DNA of 64,000 nt from Burkholderiales bacterium (GTDB lineage: Bacteria; Pseudomonadota; Gammaproteobacteria; Burkholderiales; JAEUOS01): contig JBJXGS010000245.1 of the NCBI GenBank assembly GCA_046160545.1, forward strand, positions 25,280 to 89,279. Reading direction: 5' to 3'. The notes under the pieces are model-generated. The model had not been told where the DNA came from. It did not search any database and worked only from the letters and a program-made list of their open reading frames with translations. Positions 58,688 to 64,000 of the stretch are shown piece by piece. The position numbers were made by a program, and so were the translations under genes. Numbering within the stretch: position 1 is the stretch's first letter; each line of letters opens with the position of its first letter.

Positions 58688-59674
58688 ATGAGCGCAGAAC
58701 TCCATGCCCAGCCATGCGATGCCCTCGCGGTGGCCCGGGAGGTCTTCGCTATCGAGGCCGCCGCCGTGGCCGGGCTTTCGCGACGGATCGACGCCTCTTT
58801 TCGGACTGCGGTCGACTTAATCGTCGCCTGTCGCGGTCGCATCGTGGTCTCCGGGATGGGCAAATCCGGCCATATCGCACGCAAAGTGGCAGCGACTTTC
58901 GCCTCGACCGGTAGCGCAGCTTTTTTCGTCCACCCCGCTGAGGCCAGCCATGGCGACTTGGGGATGGTGCGTGCCGACGACCTGTTCCTGGCATTCTCCA
59001 ATTCGGGCGAAACCGCCGAGGTCCTGGCGATCGTGCCGGCCATCAAGCGCCTGGGCGCGCGCCTGATCGCGGTGACGGGCAATCCTGAATCCACTTTGGC
59101 CAGGCTCGCCGATGTGCGACTGGATGCTGCTGTCGACAAGGAGGCCTGCCCGCACAACCTGGCTCCTACCGCGAGCACGACCGCCCAACTGGCCTTGGGT
59201 GACGCCCTGGCCGTCGCGGCGCTGACTGTCAAAGGGTTCGGGCCAAACGACTTTGCGCGCTCGCATCCGGGCGGCTCACTGGGCAGCCAGCTCCTCACTC
59301 GCGTCGGCGACATCATGCGCAGCGGTGCGGCGATTCCCTGTGTGGGCCCGCAGGCAAGCCTGCGCGAGGCAGTGCGCGAGAACACGGCCAAACGCATGGG
59401 CATGGTGGCTATCGCCGATACCGACGGCCTCCTGGCCGGCATCTTCACCGACGGGGACCTGCGGCGCGCGGTGGAGCGCAATCTCGACCTCGACGTCACC
59501 CCCGTGGCGAGCGCCATGACCGCCGCTCCGCGCACCATCGCCCCGCAGGCGCTGGCCACCGAGGCGGTGCACTTGATGGAGGTGCATCGCATCACCCAGC
59601 TTCCGGTCGTCCTGCAGGGTCGCCTGGTCGGGGCGATCAGCCTGGCCGACCTGTTCCAGGCGAAGGTGGTGTAA
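58688..59674 (+). CDS. kdsD: Arabinose-5-phosphate isomerase
   Basis: GMGKSGHIA.K, HPAEA.HGDLG, EACP.NLAPT.ST, HPGG.LG, CBS pair; start ATG 58688. Confidence 0.96.
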   Translation: MSAELHAQPCDALAVAREVFAIEAAAVAGLSRRIDASFRTAVDLIVACRGRIVVSGMGKSGHIARKVAATFASTGSAAFFVHPAEASHGDLGMVRADDLFLAFSNSGETAEVLAIVPAIKRLGARLIAVTGNPESTLARLADVRLDAAVDKEACPHNLAPTASTTAQLALGDALAVAALTVKGFGPNDFARSHPGGSLGSQLLTRVGDIMRSGAAIPCVGPQASLREAVRENTAKRMGMVAIADTDGLLAGIFTDGDLRRAVERNLDLDVTPVASAMTAAPRTIAPQALATEAVHLMEVHRITQLPVVLQGRLVGAISLADLFQAKVV

Positions 59675-59677
59675 GCG

Positions 59678-60202
59678 ATGTCGGCACTGGTGCAACGCCT
59701 GCGCGGCCTGCGGCTCATGGCGTTCGACGTCGACGGCATCCTGACCGACGGGCACCTGATCTACACCGATACCGGCGCCGAAGCCAAGGCCTTCGACGTG
59801 CGCGACGGGCAGGGCATGACGCTCCTGCGCGATGCCGGCATCAAGCTGGCCCTGATCAGTGCGCGGCGTTCTGCGATTGTCGAGCGCCGCGCACGGGAGC
59901 TCGGCGTGCACTATTGCTTTCTTGGAGTCGCCGCCAAACTGCCCGCCTTCATGGACCTCTTGGCCGAACTCCAGCTCGACGCCACGGCGGCCGGCTACAT
60001 GGGCGACGACCTGCTTGATCTGCCGGTGCTGACCCACGCCGGTTTCGCGGCCAGCGTCAGCGCCGCCCCTGCCGCGGTACGCTCCCGGGTGCATTACATC
60101 GCCACCCGGCCGGGCGGCGCCGGCGCGGTGCGCGAAGTCTGCGAACTGATATTGCAGTCGCAGGGACGCCTGGATGAGCTCGTCGCGGGGTACCTGGAAT
60201 GA
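59678..60202 (+). CDS. kdsC: KDO-8-phosphate phosphatase
   Basis: FDVDG+LTDG, GDD..D, GG.GAVRE. Confidence 0.95.
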   Translation: MSALVQRLRGLRLMAFDVDGILTDGHLIYTDTGAEAKAFDVRDGQGMTLLRDAGIKLALISARRSAIVERRARELGVHYCFLGVAAKLPAFMDLLAELQLDATAAGYMGDDLLDLPVLTHAGFAASVSAAPAAVRSRVHYIATRPGGAGAVREVCELILQSQGRLDELVAGYLE

Positions 60203-60816
60203 AGCTGCTGCCACGCGGTGCCGCAGGCGCTGCCTTCCCTCTCGGGGTCATGCTGTTGCTGGCACTGCTGACGGTGTGGCTGGAACGTACCATCGAGCTT
60301 GCCACTCCGGAAGCGCGCCGCAGCGCCAGCGACGCGCCCGACTTCATCGTTGAGCGTTTCACGCTCACGCGGCTGGGCGAGGACGGGGCACGCCGCTATA
60401 CGGTCGCGGCGGCGCGCATGACCCATGTGCCGGACAACGATACCTCTGTCCTGGCCGACCTGCGCGTCACCCAGCCACTGACCGGTCGCGCCGACATGAG
60501 CGTGCGCGCCGACCGCGGTGTCATGGTCGCCGGAGGTGAAGTCATGCACCTCCACGACAACGTCAACCTGTTCCGGCCCGGAGCGCCCGCGGGCCCCGGC
60601 AACCCGGCCAGCGCCGACTTGCGCATGCACACGAGCTACCTGCGCGTCGTCCCCGACTCCGACCTTGCCGAAACACCGGAGCCGGTGCGAATCGAGGAGG
60701 GCGGGTCGATCTTGCGCGGGCGCGGCATGCGCTTCGACAACCGCTATCGGCGCTTTGCCCTGGACGCCGAAGTGCGCGCGGAATACCGCCGTAATACTTC
60801 GGGAGCACGCCCATGA
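60199..60816 (+). CDS. lptC: LPS export protein LptC
   Basis: N-terminal TM, PD+, beta-jellyroll pattern; located between kdsC and lptA. Confidence 0.87.
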   Translation: MKLLPRGAAGAAFPLGVMLLLALLTVWLERTIELATPEARRSASDAPDFIVERFTLTRLGEDGARRYTVAAARMTHVPDNDTSVLADLRVTQPLTGRADMSVRADRGVMVAGGEVMHLHDNVNLFRPGAPAGPGNPASADLRMHTSYLRVVPDSDLAETPEPVRIEEGGSILRGRGMRFDNRYRRFALDAEVRAEYRRNTSGARP

Positions 60817-61442
60817 AGCGCTGGCTGGCAGCCATCATCGCGTTTGCGCTATTCGCGCCTGGCGCCCCGGCCTTGGCCGAGCGCGCGGACCGCGACAAGC
60901 CGGTCAATATCGAAGCCGATCGCATGTCCTACGATGACCTGCGCCAGATCAACATATTCGAAGGCAAGGTCGTCCTGACGCAGGGAACCCTGATGATCCG
61001 TGCCGACAAGATCACGGTGCGCCAGAGCCCGGAGGGATTCCAGAGCGGTACCGCAGAGAAGGGGCAGGGTGGCCTCGCGTATTTTCGCCAGAAGCGCGAG
61101 GGGCTCGATGAGTACGTCGAAGGCTGGGGCGAGCGCATCGACTACGACACACGCACCGAAAAGGCCGTTCTCACCACCCGAGCGCGCATACTGCGCGGCG
61201 CCGACGAGGTGCGTGGCAATCTCGTCACCTACGACGGCCGGACCGAGTTCTTCGACGTGACCGGCTCGCGCGAATCCGCGACCTCCAACAACCCCGACGG
61301 GCGCGTGCGTGCCGTGATCCAGCCGCGCAGCCAGGGCGCTCCGCGCGAGGTCGCGCCGAGCAAGACACCGCCATTGAACCTGCGCCCTTCCGGCGGTCTC
61401 GCAGCGCCACGCGAGGAATATCCACGCCCGGGAAGCAAATGA
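60813..61442 (+). CDS. lptA: LPS transport periplasmic protein LptA
   Basis: D..KP+NIEAD, F.G.V..TQG...I.AD, GRV.A+IQP. Confidence 0.93.
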   Translation: MKRWLAAIIAFALFAPGAPALAERADRDKPVNIEADRMSYDDLRQINIFEGKVVLTQGTLMIRADKITVRQSPEGFQSGTAEKGQGGLAYFRQKREGLDEYVEGWGERIDYDTRTEKAVLTTRARILRGADEVRGNLVTYDGRTEFFDVTGSRESATSNNPDGRVRAVIQPRSQGAPREVAPSKTPPLNLRPSGGLAAPREEYPRPGSK

Positions 61443-62161
61443 GTTCTCTCTCGGCGCTCGGCCTGAAGAAGAAGTTCAAGTCGCGCGAGGTCGTCAAGGA
61501 CGTGTCCTTCGAAGTCGCCAATGGCGAGGTCGTCGGCCTGCTCGGACCGAACGGCGCAGGCAAGACGACTTGTTTCTACATGGTGGTGGGCTTGGTCGGC
61601 GCCGATGCGGGGACGATCCGCATCGGCGATGTCGAGGTGACCCGTGCGCCCATCCACCGGCGCGCACGCATGGGGCTGTCCTACCTCCCCCAGGAAGCCT
61701 CGGTGTTCCGCAAATTGACCGTGCGCGAGAACATCCAGGCCGTGCTCGAACTGCAGGATCTGAGCACGCGCGAAGTCGAGGAGCAGCTGCAAGGCCTGCT
61801 TCGGGACCTCAACATAGGTGGCCTGGCCGACAACCCCGCATTGTCGCTTTCCGGCGGCGAGAGGCGGCGGGTCGAGATCGCCCGCGCGCTTGCAGCGCAG
61901 CCCCGTTTCATCCTGCTGGACGAGCCCTTCGCTGGTGTCGACCCGATCGCGGTGATCGATATCCAGAAGATCATCCGTTTCCTGAAGGAACGCGGCATCG
62001 GCGTACTGATCACCGATCACAACGTCCGCGAGACGCTCGGAATCTGCGACCGCGCCTACATCATCAGCGAAGGCCACGTACTGGCTGCCGGGGATCCCGG
62101 CACCATCGTCGCTGACGAGAGCGTGCGCCGCGTTTATCTGGGCGAGCATTTCCGTCTGTGA
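61439..62161 (+). CDS. lptB: LPS export ABC ATPase
   Basis: [17 protein letters not shown]+[35 protein letters not shown]. Confidence 0.97.
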   Translation: MSSLSALGLKKKFKSREVVKDVSFEVANGEVVGLLGPNGAGKTTCFYMVVGLVGADAGTIRIGDVEVTRAPIHRRARMGLSYLPQEASVFRKLTVRENIQAVLELQDLSTREVEEQLQGLLRDLNIGGLADNPALSLSGGERRRVEIARALAAQPRFILLDEPFAGVDPIAVIDIQKIIRFLKERGIGVLITDHNVRETLGICDRAYIISEGHVLAAGDPGTIVADESVRRVYLGEHFRL

Positions 62162-62165
62162 TGCC

Positions 62166-63599
62166 ATGAAACAGACGCTGCAGCTCAAGCTTTCGCAGCA
62201 CCTGACGCTGACGCCTCAGTTGCAGCAGTCGATCCGCCTCCTGCAACTGTCGACGATCGAACTCAATCAGGAGATCGAGCAGATGCTGGCGGAGAATCCG
62301 CTGCTCGAACGCGAGGACGAGTTCGCGGCGCCCGACGGAGTCTTTGGCGGAGCCGAACAGCCGCGTACCGAATCGATCAACGACGCCTTCGGCGCCGAAA
62401 ACGCGGCGCCGGATGGCGAGTGGGGCGATTCCAGCGCCATGGCGCCCAGTTCTCCGCGGAGCGACGACGACGAAGACGCGCCGACGCGCCAGGTCGCCGC
62501 CGCCCGGGAATCGCTGCGCGAGCATCTGGGCGCGCAACTTGTGCTGACCCGCGTCACCCCGCGCGATCGCGGGCTTGTCACTGCCCTCATCGAAGCGCTT
62601 GATGAAGACGGCTTCCTCGAGATGGACCTCGCGGAGGTCCTCGCCATGCTTCCCGAGGAACTGGAGGTCGATGTCGACGAGTTGGGCGCCGCGCTCAAAC
62701 TGCTGCAGTCGCTGGAACCTGCCGGGGTCGGCGCGCGCTCCCTGCCGGAATCCCTCGAATTGCAGATGCGGGACCATCCTGCAGATGCCATCACAGGCCT
62801 GGCCCGGCGCATCGTGCGGGAGTTCCTTCCGGCACTGGCGGACCGCGATTTCGCTCTGATTCGCCGCGAGTGCCGATGCAGCGAGTCAGACCTCAAGGCC
62901 GCGCGCGAAGTCATCGTGGCCCTCAATCCGCGGCCGGGTGCACAGTTCAACCTGAACGACACACGCTATGTGACGCCAGACGTGATCGTGCGCAAAGTGA
63001 GGTCGACCTGGCGCGCAGCGATCAATCCGGACGCGGTGCCGCGCTTGCGCATCAATCGCATGTACGCCGAGATCCTGGCGCGCGAGCGGGTGCGCGGCGC
63101 CAGCGCCGAAGGTGCGACGGGGATGGCGACCCAGCTGCAGGAAGCCAAGTGGCTGCTCAAGAACGTGCAGCAGCGCTTCGAAACCATCGGCCGGGTCGCG
63201 CAGGCGATCGTTGATCGGCAAAGGCACTTCCTCGACCACGGCGAAGTCGCCATGCGGCCCCTGGTGCTGCGCGAAATCGCCGATGAACTGGACTTGCATG
63301 AATCGACGATTTCGCGGGTCACGACCAGTAAGTACATGCTCACTCCGAAAGGCCTGTTCGAGCTCAAGTACTTCTTTGGCAGCCACGTTGCAACCGACTC
63401 CGGAGGGGCTTGCTCTTCGACCGCCATCCGCGCTCTAATCAAGCAACTCGTTTCTGCGGAGGACCCGAAGCGCCCCTTGTCGGATTCCAAGATCGTCGAG
63501 ATCCTCGGGCAGCAGGGCATCGTCGTCGCCCGCCGCACGATTGCCAAGTACCGCGACGCGCTGAAGATTGCGCCCGCCAACATGCGCAAGGCGATCTGA
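62166..63599 (+). CDS. rpoN: RNA polymerase sigma-54 factor
   Basis: TPQLQQSIRLLQL, HESTISR, RpoN box ARRTIAKYR. Confidence 0.98.
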   Translation: MKQTLQLKLSQHLTLTPQLQQSIRLLQLSTIELNQEIEQMLAENPLLEREDEFAAPDGVFGGAEQPRTESINDAFGAENAAPDGEWGDSSAMAPSSPRSDDDEDAPTRQVAAARESLREHLGAQLVLTRVTPRDRGLVTALIEALDEDGFLEMDLAEVLAMLPEELEVDVDELGAALKLLQSLEPAGVGARSLPESLELQMRDHPADAITGLARRIVREFLPALADRDFALIRRECRCSESDLKAAREVIVALNPRPGAQFNLNDTRYVTPDVIVRKVRSTWRAAINPDAVPRLRINRMYAEILARERVRGASAEGATGMATQLQEAKWLLKNVQQRFETIGRVAQAIVDRQRHFLDHGEVAMRPLVLREIADELDLHESTISRVTTSKYMLTPKGLFELKYFFGSHVATDSGGACSSTAIRALIKQLVSAEDPKRPLSDSKIVEILGQQGIVVARRTIAKYRDALKIAPANMRKAI

Positions 63600-63805
63600 C
63601 CGGACATGCGTCCGCCCGGCCCGCGAGAGGCCGGAGTCGCGAAGCTGCCGTACCATGAACCCATAAGGACCTGCGCCCCCCAACCAGCCACTTCGACAGT
63701 CCTGTTCAGAAAATCGGCACCGGCGCCGTTAGCATGTCCTAGGGCATGTCACTGGCGAACCGGAAAGAGCGGTTGCCGTCCGACCGCGCATGTCAAGGAG
63801 AAAAC

Positions 63806-64000
63806 ATGAATTTCAAAGTCAGCGGGCACCATGTCACTGTCACACCCGCCATCCGCGACTATGTCCATTCCAAACTCTCGCGCATCAACCGTCATTTCGA
63901 TCACGTCATCGACGTCAGCGTGATCCTGTCGGTCGAAAAATTGGCCCAGAAGGCCGAAGTCAACGTTCATGTCCGAGGGCGGGACATCTTTGTCGAAACC
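63806..64000 (+). CDS. hpf: Ribosome hibernation promoting factor (partial, runs off the right edge)
   Basis: AAGGAG RBS; [44 protein letters not shown]; follows rpoN. Confidence 0.92.
   Translation, partial: MNFKVSGHHVTVTPAIRDYVHSKLSRINRHFDHVIDVSVILSVEKLAQKAEVNVHVRGRDIFVET

Noticed and set aside
63600-63805. Small ORF 63606-63809 and the near-palindrome CATGTCCTAGGGCATG between rpoN and hpf
   Set aside because: No RBS or recognisable product; the dyad is imperfect and has no other support.

Overview
GC-rich, betaproteobacterial-looking chromosomal window with four blocks. (1) 1-14.7 kb: one giant minus-strand ORF (>4,900 aa, open off the left edge, so the ORF track misses it). It encodes an HMW1/FHA-type two-partner-secretion exoprotein with internal module duplications and a polyglycine insert, and lies just downstream of tRNA-Thr(TGT). 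(2) 15.1-36.3 kb: housekeeping genes (sspBA, petCBA, mscL, nif3, degS-like, tatCBA, HIT, hisEIFAHBCDG, murA, bolA/ibaG, a yadH-like relic, mlaBCADEF). (3) 36.4-56.5 kb: a ~20-kb type IV filament cluster resembling MSHA pili. It has an ExeA/MshM ATPase, lipoprotein secretin, TPR protein, MshEN-type ATPase, platform and alignment proteins, and three pilin-like genes. It also has a split PrsK/PrsR-like two-component pair and a split ABC ATPase/permease/helical-partner module reminiscent of Myxococcus PilGHI and Geobacter Xap. The likely major pilin has a well-spaced sigma54 promoter and a perfect 18-bp palindromic enhancer. (4) 56.5-64 kb: CPA2 antiporter, kdsD, kdsC, lptCAB, rpoN and partial hpf. 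No CRISPR array, IS element or integrase was seen. All family assignments come from motifs read by eye; no database search was run.
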